From Sphaerodactylus townsendi (lineage: Eukaryota): DNA of 64,000 nucleotides. A program made the position numbers and the translations under genes. This document shows, in pieces, positions 24,636 to 36,899 of this stretch; the first letter of the stretch is position 1, and every line of letters begins with the position of its first letter. The notes under the pieces were generated by a model. The model was not told where the DNA came from. It saw only the letters and a list, made by a program, of their open reading frames with translations, and did no database searches. The stretch spans positions 143,778,001 to 143,842,000 of the forward strand of contig NC_059426.1 of the NCBI RefSeq assembly GCF_021028975.2. Direction: 5' to 3'.

Positions 24636-25045
24636 AGATTGCCAACCTCCAGTGGGTGACTGGAGACCACCTATTGTTACAACTGACCTCCAGGCAAGAG
24701 AAGTCAGTTCAAGAAAATGCCCTCTTGGGAAGGTGGACTCCATGGCATTAGACCCCATTGAAGTCCTTCCCCTCCCCAAACCTCTTCCACCTCAGGCTCC
24801 ACTCCCAAAATATCTCTATTTCCCACCCTGGAGCTTCAGCCCTACCAACAGGCTCAGTGCAAGCTTGAGGAAAGAGATAGGACTTAGGTGCAGGGTTGAC
24901 AGCCTCCAGGTGGGGCCTGGAGATCTTCCGGAATGGCAGCTGATCTCCAAGAGACAAAGGTCATCTCCCCCAGAGAAAATCATTGCTTGGGAGGGTGGAC
25001 TTTAAGCTAACATACCCGGCTGAAGTTCGTCCCCTCCCCTAACCC
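24636..25045 (+). mobile_element. Two copies of a TAGGGTTGCCA-type hAT MITE
   Basis: ttgccaacctccag…tgatctcc…tgggagggtggact; related copies at 27568-27753, 32283-32433 and 36213-36404 (-). Confidence 0.65.
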
Positions 25046-25159
25046 CAGCAGGGTTTCATGGCCTGGAAAAGGGGGAACTCTGGAGGGTGCTGTAGCCCCA
25101 GATTCTGCTCCCACAAAAACAGACATTGTCCCAGAGAAATCCAAAGCATTACATATATA

Positions 25160-25433
25160 GGGGTGCTGTGTGGTTTCCGGGCTGCATGGCCGTGTTCTAG
25201 CAGCATTCTCTCCTGATGTTTTGCCTGCATCTGTGGCTGGCATCTTCGGAGGATCTGATAGTAGGAAAGCAAGTGGAATATATATAGCTTTCCTACTATC
25301 AGATCCTCTGAAGATGCCAGTCACAGAAGCAGGCAAAACGTCAGGACAGAATGCTGCTAGAACACGGCCATGATACAGCCCGGAAACCACACAGCACCCC
25401 AGTGATTCCGGCCGTGAAAGCCTTCGACAATAT
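25160..25433. mobile_element. Penelope-like inverted-repeat fragment (second subfamily)
   Basis: About 110-bp arms (25160-25270 / 25287-25400); flanking ATTACWTATATA duplication; two mutated hammerheads. Confidence 0.82.
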
Positions 25434-25464
25434 ATTACTTATATACCTCATACTCTCTACTAAG

Positions 25465-25572
25465 CACTGGAAATATCAAAAGGAACTTCACAAAGCATTT
25501 CAAGAGAAGATTGTAAGACTTCAGAAGAAATGGACAAATCAGGAGAAGCAATTTAGGGACAGGCAATTGATG
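25465..25572 (+). other. Candidate coiled-coil coding exon HWKYQKELHKAFQEKIVRLQKKWTNQEKQFRDRQLM
   Basis: 108 nt, phase 0/0, acceptor ctctctactaag, donor ATG|gtaaca; no partner exons established. Confidence 0.25.
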
Positions 25573-26047
25573 GTAACAAAAATGTGAATTTTTCTATACA
25601 GCTTCCAGTAAGCCCCCCACCCCTCCATGCCTGTCTCTGCGGAACTAGCTTCTTTACTGGAAGAAGCAATTACTGTAACTGACTGACATTAAGCTCAAAT
25701 GTACAGCAATTTCTCTATTTTTCTATTAGAGAGGAAAAATGAGATACATAATTTACTAGACATGCAACATTTTGGTAGAATTGGTGAATATTTTTGTCCG
25801 CAATTTACTCAAGATCTACCAATAAAAATTCATAACAAATAATCATGCCTAAAGAAAAATGTGTGGCTATTTATAGAAACCCATAAAGGTGTAATGGAGA
25901 AACTGCATTTCCTAATTGATTTCCTTGTCCTGTAGCAGTTTTGCCCAAAATTTGTATGTTTTACAACAGTACAGCACCAGTGGTAAGTTGCTCCTTCTCT
26001 TTCAGTTCTTCACAATTGTTTTGTTAGCACAAGTGATGTCTATGGTA

Positions 26048-26322
26048 AGGTGACATTTGTGAACCAGGACGGGCGGGTAGGTGGGCGGCCGCGCACATGT
26101 GCGCGCGCATGCGCACGCAGTTGCAGGAACGCACGGCCTTCTGGGGCGCTCCCGTTTCCTGCCCTGTGACAGGGCGGGAAATGGGAGCGCCCCAGAATGC
26201 AGTGCGCTCCTGCGGCCGCGCACGCGGGAGGCTGCCGCACTGCCTTGCGCCCCAGAAGGCAGTGAGGCAGCCTTCCAAAAATCGGGACACTTGAAAAAAC
26301 CCGCGGGACGCGGGACAAATTG
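26048..26322. mobile_element. CpG-rich hairpin-containing DNA transposon fragment (hAT-like, GGGAC subterminal repeats)
   Basis: Internal palindromes; abrupt GC island in AT-rich flanks. Confidence 0.5.
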
Positions 26323-26781
26323 AGTAAGCTCTGAGGTTACTATTACATATAGTTAATGCAATAGCTATTTGGCTTGTATATTTCTTCAGATTTATAAAGC
26401 AGATATGTGGTGCCATGACAGAGAACTTGGTGAATGTTTGTGGTTAATAATATTTTTAAAATTCTGATATTAACTACATTGTCCAAATTTTGTGTCATTA
26501 CCATGGTACATGGTACATGGTACAATTCTATAAGAGGGAATTATCTGGTACGGCAAATTCTTCCCAGCAGTTTCAGCTGAATAGATGTAAAACAAATGTG
26601 TTGAAAACAAATGTATTGTTTTCAGTTGTTTCAATAGTTACTTTTCACAGGTGTAATGCTAGTGCAGTGCACCCGAGAGATTACTGCATTTTCAAATGAA
26701 GTGCTTGTGTGAATACTGAGGTAAAAATTTCACCTATGAAGAATGAGGCACAAATTACATAATCAAGCATTTTGTTAAAAA

Positions 26782-27125
26782 AAATTATTTACAAGATTTC
26801 TGTCCTGACTTTCTGCCTTTAGGGCCACTAAGGTGGCTAACAGATTAAAAACATTTGTAATAAAAACATATCTTTAAAACCATTAAAACAAACAAAAAAG
26901 TTCAAAAATTAAAACCATGTTAAAATACACATACAACACACTAAAATATACATACATAGCAATAACAATAAAAAAACAGGACAGGAATAAAATGGCAACA
27001 GAAGGGGCAAGGAGAGTGTCTCTGGGGAAAGACTTCCAGAGTTTGGGTTCTGTTACTGAGAAGGCCCTTTTCCTGGTTGCCACCTGCCTTGTGTCAGAAG
27101 GCAGGACCTCAGAAGATGACCATAG
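26782..27125 (-). mobile_element. L2 LINE 3' fragment
   Basis: ATRKRAFSVTEPKLWKSFP resembles the L2 ORF2 C-terminus (RAFSVAAPxLWNxLP). Confidence 0.7.
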
Positions 27126-28488
27126 GGTTCATTTATGCACATTCACAGAGGCACATGTATGCATATTCACAGGATGTGTGCACATTCGCTGCGACATGTG
27201 GATAGGATAGGATGTCTAGATGAAATAGTAAAAGTGGCTCATGCAGATGTATGGAAAATTTAACAAGGATGGGTCAGTGGATCTTCTGCCACTCTTTTGA
27301 GGAAACTGCTGGGAGATAGGAACAAACCAAGCGTGCCTGCTGATCCTCTGTAATTTTCCACCTAGTACTACATTACTGTAAATATCCTCAATTGGATATG
27401 TCCTACGGTTACCATTGATCAATGGCATAACTTGCTTCTGTTGGCAATTAGAAGTTCTACAGTATGGACAGCACTTATCTTTTGCTTCCCTTTGGCAGAA
27501 ATAACACTGGAGACTTATCATGCTTTAGTAGTACTTATTTTATTTACAAATGTGCAAATGGAGCACAGTTAGTGCCAGCCTCTGGGTGGGACCTATTTCC
27601 CAGAATTACAGTTCATCTCCAGACTACAGAGATCAGTTCCCCCTGGAGAAAATGGATGGTTTGGAGGGTAGACTCTATGGTATGGTACCCCACTGAGCTA
27701 CCTATCCTCTCTAGGCTCTATCCGCAAATCTCCATCTGGATCTGGCAACCTTATCCCCACTGGCCGCATCTACTGCCAGTGGTCAGGGGAAACTGTCAAC
27801 ACTAGTTAGGAGGATAAGATCAACTTATCTGGAGTCCCAGTTCTGCTATCCCATATCAGATCCCCTGAGAACAAGATCTTGCACCATCAATTCAATTCCA
27901 AGCAGCATCAGTCTGCTTCTCTGCCTGTATCTGTCAAAATCTAAATTGTTCTTTTGTCATACACGCATGCAAGACTTCCTCCTCTCTCCCACTGGGAGTG
28001 TTACCATGCCTCCCTGGCACAGTGGGGTGGGGGGAGTGCTTATTCACAGGTATCCCTGCCCACATGCCAGCCTAAAGGGTAATGCTGGTGTTTGCAGAGA
28101 TGGGGAGCCCATTCTCTGGCAATAGCCAGGTCTACCTACAAGAAACTTCCAAGAATTGTTTTCCTGTTCTCATGCTCTCAGCTTGCTTGCCTTATCAGCA
28201 CATTTTCAGCTCCACAGCCAAGGAAGAATGTGTCCTCAACACGATACAGTAGCCCTGCTGAATGGATACTCATTTCCAGCCACAAGAAGACTCCTGATGT
28301 CATTGCCTCCCCTGATTATCTGAACCCAGATACTCCCTTCTGTTAACTAACTTCGTCTGACCACCTTACAATGCACTCTATTGTTTCTCAAACAATCCAG
28401 CCGGATTCCTTGCCCAGGCTCTCGCAACATTAATAAGCAGTCTGCTCTAAGCTCATATTCCCCCATTATTGAGAGATCGTGACTCCAC

Positions 28489-28581
28489 CTTGGGTAACAG
28501 GAGGGGAATCAGCTCCTCCAAGCTCTTTACAGATACTTAGACAGAGTCCTTTTGGACAACTGAGATCCATTGAGGAGATGT
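28489..28581 (-). CDS. Candidate exon 4 of the unidentified minus-strand gene (DISSMDLSCPKGLCLSICKELGGADSPPVTQ)
   Basis: Acceptor tttcttacctattgcag; 93 nt open in phase 1; weak donor gtggag. Confidence 0.3.
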
Positions 28582-28624
28582 CTGCAATAGGTAAGAAACA
28601 TTGTTATGCCTTTTGTCATACCTT

Positions 28625-29138
28625 TAATGCCTTTCGCAACCTGGGGCCCTCATACCTTAGGGACCGTCTCTCCCCTTATGTCCCTTCTCAGCCTCTGCGT
28701 TCTGCCAAGGCAAATTTTCTGGTGTCCCCGGCCCCTCAATGATGCGACTAGCTGCCTTGGACCCTGCCTGGTGAAACACTCTCTTTTCAGCCATCAGGGT
28801 CCTACGGGACTTTGGACAGTCCCACGTGCCTGTAAAACGGAGGTATTTCACCGGGATTTGGGGGGGTCGCTGGTTGCTACCCCCCACATACTATCATAAC
28901 TAGCTGCCACTGTACTATGTCTAGTCCCCTCCCGGGGGGATAGGAAGTTTTCTCTTGAGGTGCCATCTGATGTTAGGTTTCTCTGTTTTCTGTTTTGAGG
29001 TTGTATTTAATTATATTGATTTTAATGTATTATCTTGTAATTTATATCCTTTTTAATGATTTTATCTTCCATATACCACCCAGAGCCCTTCGGAGGTGGG
29101 CGGTATGACAAGTTTAACTAATAAATAACTAAATAAAA
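28625..29138 (+). mobile_element. L2 LINE 3' fragment
   Basis: LGPSYLRDRLSPYVPSQPLRS motif, T-rich UTR and A-rich tail. Confidence 0.85.
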
Positions 29139-29774
29139 GATGTCCCCTCCTCCAGCCAGACTACTTTAGGCCACGTCTATAGAATAAACAAGGAGTTCTG
29201 TATCTCATTGAGCCTGTGGGCACTTTTGCAATGTTGAGAGCAGAGAGTGGGCATCATCACAAAACGTCTACTGAGACCAATCCCAAAATGTTGGGAGGAT
29301 GTAAGCCAGGCATCTTTTGAGGAAGGCAGTTGTTTCTAAGCAGATGCTCCCTGCAGACACAAAGGTGATGCCTCCCAGGTTCCTATGAAGAACCTCCTGC
29401 TCCAATTAGGTAGAGGAAAGACAGCCCTGGATGTCTGCTTTGAGGAAGAGCTGCTGTGGGAAGAAGTTAGTAGGCTCCAGGAAGCCCTTTGGCAGGTGGC
29501 ATGGGACCCACCAATGCCATGTTGATGATCATTGGGGTAGCCCTTTTAAAAGACTCAAAACTCCAGATTCACAAACCATGAAGTGTTTCTTTCAGCTACT
29601 CAGACATAGCTGAAAATTTCAGGCTCCTGTATCAGAGCCATACTTTGCAGTATGTACAGAAGTACGTAATATCCTGATTTTTAATCAAAAAAGCAACACT
29701 GAAAGACTGTGACTAGGAGTGGAAAGAGACCTCTTGCTTATAGGCTATTTGTTGACTTGAAAGTTGACGCTCAC

Positions 29775-29816
29775 CAACTACCTTTCCCTGACTTGGGGAA
29801 AAGCCATCATACTTGG
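29775..29816 (-). CDS. Candidate exon 3 (AKYDGFSPSQGKVV)
   Basis: Acceptor ttttctgcttcaaattttag, donor gtgagc, 42 nt, phase 1/1. Confidence 0.35.
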
Positions 29817-30434
29817 CTAAAATTTGAAGCAGAAAAGGATGGTCACTTGGCTGCTATGATTCCACAGATTGTACGCCAACAGTAATTTTGCAAGGAAAAC
29901 TTCTATTTTATACTCATTTGTAGAAAGGCCAAGGATATAGAGATTGGGGGCGTTGTAAAGAGTTCTGGTTCTACCTAGTTGTATTACGTCAGTCAAGACC
30001 TATACTCATAAATCCAGTGAAAACTATCATCATTTCCCCCCATATCTTTGCAATAACTGTATCGCTGCTTGAAACCTCATCAAAAAATATTTAGCAATTC
30101 TGGCTGGTTAAAATTAAGACTCTGACCCAAGAGGTCATTTTTCATAAGTTTTTCAGAACAGAATACAGATTGTACAAATAGAATGGAAATATAACAGCCC
30201 TGGTGCAAACAGTAGAGCATAGTTAAATGACGTCTGTTTGTCAGGATATGGAACGAGCTTGTTTCTTAATTGCTCTGAACAGGCAATTTTGCAGTAATAA
30301 TCCTGCTTTTAATTTGCTATGTGCAAAGGTCTTACATCCATTATTCCTCATTAGCAGTCCAGATTCCAGTTTGCTTATGAAAGAGACCTTCTGCAGGGGG
30401 AAAGGTGGGGGAGAGTAGGTTGCTTGTTAATTAG

Positions 30435-30593
30435 ATGGCACATTTGCTGGGTGACCCTGGACTAGTCACAGTTCTTTGGAACTCTCAGTCCCACCTACCT
30501 CACAAGGTGTCTATTTTGGCGAGAAGAAGGGAAAAGAGCTTGTAAGCCACCTTGAGACAGGAGAGAAAGGTGGGGTATAATTACAAACTCTTC
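30435..30593 (+). mobile_element. Squam3-type SINE, 3' part
   Basis: CORE cccacctacctcacaagg and tail. Confidence 0.7.
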
Positions 30594-33500
30594 TGCACCA
30601 GTCTGGCACTTAGCATCCTAAGGTAGTTAGGACCATGTGGGTGGGGCAGTGCCCAAGAGGGGTGGTCAGAAAAGCCTTATTATTGAGCCCTATGGACTGC
30701 ACCCAAATTTGTGATGGTGCATCTTTGCACTGGTACAAGAGAGAGTTCCCAGGCCAAAAAAGCGCAGGGAGTTGACTAGTGTTAGTCCTGCTCCCAGGAA
30801 TGTTCCCTTTCATGCTGAAATAGGACCCTCTGCCAAGGTTATGCTGGTGCACAAAAGTTGCGCTATAGTGCCAACATGAGAAAGAAGCATAGATGTACTG
30901 CAGTTCTGCACTGGAATAAATGGCCCTTACATGGGTGTACATGGGTGTATCCCCTATGGCTCTTTGCCAATACCCCAAAGACTGCGCTGTCAGACACGCA
31001 TCCTGAGTTACTCTGAGTTTTAAACCCTGTATCAGAAGCATGTTTCGGTTTTCAGTTATGGCTGTTGTTGATCTTAAATTTATGCTGAAGCCTTTTAAAA
31101 ACTTTTGGCAATCACAACAGTATCTTAAACACCAATACACAGAAACATACCCAAAAAGTGTGATACATTAATGTATTATCACATAAAGCAACACAGAAAC
31201 TTGAGAAATAGGCAACTGGATGTGAGGTTTTTTATAGGAAGGGTGCTGCTGTTATGGCTGTTTTAATAGTAAATTGGTTAACAATTAACTATTGATCAAT
31301 AGTTAATTGCAATAATTAGGCTTTCTACAGTCTTCTTACTGTTCATTGCACTGCTTTGTTAACTAATTTAACTAAAACTAATGATTCACATGTTTCTGTG
31401 ACTGTTTTGCAGGTAACTTGGAATCCCACTTTTAGTAGGAGGATGGGATCAAAATAACAAATATATAACCCAATATTTCATAGTTCAGAAGCCCTGCAGA
31501 TGATATAAATATTTTAATTATAATTGGCATTCAACTAAGTACATAAGGAAAGATATCAAATTTCCTTGAAGTTAAAAAAAGGATGCGCAAGTAATTCCCA
31601 AAGGGAAGTTAGTCTAGTGACCCACTTCAGATGCCCTTTATTTGCAGCAAAATTTGCAGACTTCCAGCAAAATAAAAATAGGTGTTGTCATCATGTTGTG
31701 CAGTCCTTAGGATTCAAGCAAAATTCTATAGTTTACCCATAGAGTTTGAGATGAATCCTAGAGCATCACTCAGATAGAATAATGACACTTCTAACTTTTT
31801 GCCAGAAGTGATGATGCATGCTAGCTTGTCACTGATGGAGCTGTCCCTGCTCTCAGTTCCTCCTGGAGGGTGGCTGGCAACACTAAGCAATCCTGAAGTG
31901 GATTGCTATTAAATCCTACTACAAATCATGTCTATTGAATGATGCTTAGTAGGAGAGACCACTTTATTACTCATTGAATTCCATTTTAGGGTTTTAAAAA
32001 CCTGGAAATTTTTGGAATTTTTAAAAAACCTAAACTTGAAAGTGAACAAGTAAAATTATACATATACATCCCCCTGCCTCGCTGTTTCGCAGTTTCATAT
32101 GGCTGTGGGAAACGGTGGTGGAGAAAATTTCAACTGAATGCTGGAATCCAGTCCACATGGACCTGCGAAACAGTGGCAGGGATGGAGGAGCGAGCGGTTG
32201 AACCCCAGCTGAAAAAGCTATTCTCCGACCTCCAGACTGCATAAATAGCTTGTTATTTATGCACTGAAAACATTCATTCCACTTCTTCTGGAGGAAATGG
32301 CAGCTTTGGAAGGTGGGCTTCATGACATTACACCCTACTGAGGTCCCTTCTCTCCTTAAACTCCACTCTCCCAGGCTCCACCGGTCCACCCACAAATCTG
32401 CAGGTATTTCCAAACATGGAACTGGAAACCCTAACTTCAACTGTTGTTATTCTAGGGTAGGTTCTTTACTGTAAAAGCTTCCATTCTATCAGTCATGTAT
32501 TCATTTGTTCGGGCTGCCTGCCTTCTGATAACTCCACATCGCCTACCACATCGGGCTGCTAATGTCGGCTATCAAGATAAAGCCCAAGTTATCCCCACAG
32601 CAGACTTCTTAAAATGACCTTCATTCCCGTTGTGCAAAGGAATTTAGTACCTCTTTCTCTGCCCATTTCCCTGTAAGCCAGTCCTTCTCTTCTTGTTCTT
32701 CTTTAAAAAAGAATCCAGCTAGCATTTGGCATCCCCAAATCTCTACCTCCTGTGCCTCATGTTCCTGCATTGGTTAAGAGTTGGCTCTTTGATTGTTCGC
32801 TGTTGGTTAGAAGTATTCGCATAATCAGGCCTTACATACAGGGTGCTTGTGAAAGCCATCAGTGGTTTGGGGATGCTATAGATAAATTAACTGCTCTCTT
32901 ATTCCTGAGGGTGTAGCAATAGAGAAACTTCTTGGAATAAATGTGGTGGCTTTGCAGCCCCAAAACTCTCAACAGTGTGAAGGAGCCCAAAGTGGAGAAC
33001 ATTTCTTCGTAGTAATGATCTTAGCGCTTTGTCTGTGAAATTCCAGATGTATTTTGCTGGTTGCTCTTAGCAACTGGATTAAATGAGGCCTTAGCCTGGT
33101 TTTAGCTTTTTCTGAAAGATGTATCTAAAAAGTACAGAGCCCAACTTGCCTGTCATATTCTTAGTGGTCATTGGTCACACCAAGGACTGAATCACTGAAA
33201 ACCAAAACACATGCTATGACAGAAGGCAGGCTCTTGTATATCCCCACCATATATTTTCCATAATATCTGCAAGAAACACTGTATTTTTAAAAAAAAATGT
33301 ATTTTATTGCATTTATATCCTGCCCATACCTGCCCATAGTCAGGCTCAGGGCGACTTACAGACACGTAAAAATTACATTTGAAAATATTGTAACTCTACA
33401 ATAAAACCAATAATAATACTAAAACCTGGATTATATCACTAGATGGCGAGATTATGTACTTTCCATAACGCATAAAGGAATATAACGCCACTGAAGGATA

Positions 33501-33849
33501 AATGGAAACCTGATCCAGCCCAAGTTAACAGTGTTATGCCCTTCTAAGCCAATTAACTCACATGAATTTAGAAGGGTGTAACTCCACATAGGCAGGGTAA
33601 CACTGTTACTCTTTCAGTGAAATCAGTGGGACTTCAGAAGCGCTTCAGTAGGATCATATAGCTGAAATGGGCGGGAGCAGATTCCTTAGGGTTCAAGACC
33701 CAAGAAAGGCGCTCCTTGTGAGGCAACTGTGTGGATAAAAGGAAGTATTTTGAAGAAGCAGATTCTATCCGAAATCAAAGCAGGCAATAAGCAGGGAGCC
33801 CAAGGGTAACATTCTTACACAGCTGCTCTTCCCAAGCAAGCTGGTCTTC

Positions 33850-34030
33850 AGTGATTGATCGGCAATCATTATTAATATTTTATGTCTGAGGCTGGGGCGC
33901 AGATTTGTAGCCTCGGAGCTCGACAGTGTTTCATCCTTGTTGTTTGTTTTAATTTATCTCGTTTGCAGAATGATTGTTGAGTCATTTATTATGATCATCA
34001 TGCTTCAGCAATTCATAAAATGAGCTTTGA
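33850..34030. promoter_or_regulatory. Enhancer-like non-repetitive block
   Basis: TGATTGAT, TTTATG, TGTTTGTTT, TGAGTCA and TCATAAAA clustered, with retained CpGs. Confidence 0.4.
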
Positions 34031-34255
34031 ACATGTACTTGAAATGACCAGAGCTAGAGCTATTGAACAGACCAATCAGGAAAGAAATCCGTGGGAAAAA
34101 AGGACTGAAAAATAGCCAGTACACCTAATGTAATATAAAATTATGTTTATTTATTTATATCCTGCCTTTATCCCTACTGAGGACTCAGAGCTGCTTGCAT
34201 CATTCTCCTCTCCTTTATCCTTTAAAAAACCCAACAAGGTAGGGCAGGTTGAGAG

Positions 34256-34728
34256 CAGTGGCGAAGCTACAAGGGAATGGGGGGGGGTGCGCCGTGCACC
34301 GGGTGCATGCCTGGGGAAGCAGAAAATCGCCCCCAGGCCTCTCCCCCTTTCCCTGCCCCCCTCCACAGTGCCCCCCATGGTGCCCCCCCGTGGCGCCTCC
34401 CCTTCCCCCCTTCCCACACTTACCTTTAGTTCCTTTCCTTTTTGATAACTTTTTCAGGCTGCAAAAGGCCTGTCTCAGTAAAAACAGCCTGATGAACTAA
34501 AGTTCCCAGGAGACCTTGGGGCTCTCAAGATCTCCTGGGAAGTATAGTTCCCATCAGCCCATTTTTACTTGGAAGAGGCCTTTTGCAGCCTGAAAAAGTT
34601 CGAGAAAAAGAAAAGGAACTAAGGTAAGTGTGGGAAGGGGGGAAAGGGGAGGCGCTGTGGGCGGGGCACCGCGGGGGCAGAAAATATAGTATGCGCACCA
34701 GGCGCAGTTTGGCCCAGCTATGCCTCTG
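34256..34728. mobile_element. Palindromic hAT MITE nested in an old MIR-like SINE
   Basis: TIR CAGTGGCGAAGCT…AGCTATGCCTCTG; TSD GTTGAGAG/GTTGCGAG; long internal inverted repeat. Confidence 0.85.
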
Positions 34729-35781
34729 GTTGCGAGTATGTCACCCAGCAAGCTTCCAGGGCACAGTGGAAATTCCAGCCAGATCACCCAGATTATGGCC
34801 TAGTGTTCTAAAACCACTCCAACATGCTCGATGTAACCCAGAATACATTAACAATCCAATCCAAATGAGGGAGAGTGTGGAGGCGGCTGAGAACGGTGCC
34901 ATGAATGTGGGGCTGCTCCATCTCCACAGGGACTTCAGGCAACATAGAAAGGAGTTTTTTACTAAAACCCTCCTGCCGTCTGAATTGCCCCATAGGTAAA
35001 ACAGGTTTATGTCACACAAAAGTGTGGTGTAAATCTGTGGGCCTGGAGGGTGTTGTTCCAGTTTGGAATGCTAGTGGAAGCCAACTAATGTTGGCGCCAC
35101 CCCCAGAAACACCCTGAACTGCCCACCCCACACGCTGATGTCCACTCAAATGCCAACGTAGGTCTATAGTAGCAACCGTTTCCAGGTTTGCCTACCACGA
35201 AGCTGAGGGATGGCTGAATGCTGGTGCATTTGTTCCCTCCACCGGCAGGGATCCCCCTTGTGCCAGTGGAGGGAGCTAACGTGTTAGCATGGCTTTCTGC
35301 CACTTCCTAGGGCCGTTCAGGCCCCCCATCTGGATTGGGCTGCCTGTGCATTAATATGTGCTTGTACACACACATTTACAAAAATGTGTGAATATGTAGA
35401 CAAAATCCAGAGAGATCATAGCAGGGACACAAAATTGTACAGTTTGCAAAACAGCACAGGGAAGCCCCTCCGTTTCTCTGCTAAAAAAAACGAGCAAACT
35501 GAATAGTCAGATTTAGCAGGATCCACAAAGGAGTGTCAGCCCATTTTAAGTGGTGAAGTCCATGTACTTGTTATAGAAACCGTAACTCTATGAACAGATG
35601 TCTTGTCCAACTTAGGACCTGTCACAAATGTGCCAATTCTGAGTGTTTTTGTTAAAATTAATTGAATCTAATTACAATTACATAATAAATAGTGTTATGT
35701 ATATCTGTATTTTAGTATTTGCTATTTTATGTTGATTTGTAATGCTTTACGCTTTCACAGCTGAACTACCGGTAATACAGT

Positions 35782-35829
35782 AGATTATTTATCTGTTTTA
35801 TAAAGAGATTATTTATCTGTTTTATAAAG
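35782..35829. repeat. 24-bp perfect tandem duplication
   Basis: agattatttatctgttttataaag x2. Confidence 0.9.
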
Positions 35830-35890
35830 AGATGCCCCTGAAACATGCCATTGGTCCACCAGAAACACATTTTCTTATTTCCACCCGCAC

Positions 35891-35914
35891 CTATTTGGGA
35901 TGGATTTGTTTCGT
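35891..35914 (-). CDS. Candidate 24-nt exon 2 (DETNPSQI)
   Basis: Branch-like cttaat plus ttcacctccttttcag acceptor; AG|gtgcgg donor; phase 1/1. Confidence 0.45.
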   Translation of the reverse strand, partial: TKQIHPK

Positions 35915-36899
35915 CTGAAAAGGAGGTGAAATATTAAGTATTTTACAGCAATAATTGTGAGACGAAACTAAACAGCTGTGACTGTGATGAGATGTGACTG
36001 TCAGTGTTGTCCCTCATTTTCCCTAACTCCCAGTGGAGTCATTCATAGCTGCATAACATGCAGAGATCCAACAGGCAAAAAGCCCTTTTTTCAATCATTG
36101 CATTTCCATGTCAGAAAAAGTTGCACAATTGGAGTGAGGGATTGGCTGCTTTGTAGTGATGTCACAGAATGAACTTTTGCCAAGGCTGACACATGGGGTT
36201 GGGAGGGAGAATTAGGCTTGCCAGCTCTGAGTTGGGAAATGCCTGGAGATTTGGAGGGTGGGTGGATTTCAATGGGGTATAATAATGCCGTAGAATCCAC
36301 CTTTCAAGGCAGCCATTTTCTCCAATCGAACTGCTCTCCATTGCCTGGCGATCAATCGTCATAGCAGAAGAGCTTCAGCCACCACCTGGAGGTTGACAAC
36401 TTTAGTGGAAGTGATACATTACATTCCCACAGATCCTTTCGGCAGTCAGAGCTGAGTTGATCAGACGCTGACGCATGAAGTGTTTCCCCACTAAGTATAA
36501 ACGCATCTCCCTAAAATGTACACTTTATGAATTTGAACTCAGACTCTCCAAAGCGTATGCTAAAATCAATTTGGTTAGATTTTAAGGTGCCACTGCACTC
36601 TTATATCACCGTAGTGTATGCAGGCAACGTAGATTCCCCCCCCCCTTTTATGACTCATGAGATTGTGCGGACAGCGTGGGTGTATTAGAATTATAATTGG
36701 ATCCCTGCCCAAACTGTTTGGCTCCAGCAGGGAGTCTTCGCTTGTTGGACACTGTGTACTCTAGTACAGAATTTGTAGATCTTCCCTTCCGTGGGCACTT
36801 GAGAGCCTGGAGGTGTTTTCTGCTGCAGTGCCGCCGAAGGGAGGGGCTGAGACCGAACGGGAAGATCCCTTCCCGCAGGCTGCCTACGAGTAACGTTAC

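Noticed and set aside
27216-27521. Cys-rich ORF CYFC…CCPYC resembling a zinc finger
   Set aside because: No convincing splice sites in phase with the candidate gene and no recognisable family spacing; left unassigned.
32651-32700. Possible extra minus-strand exon EEQEEKDWLTGKWAEKE
   Set aside because: Weak AAG acceptor and gtacta donor; changes phase relative to the other exons.
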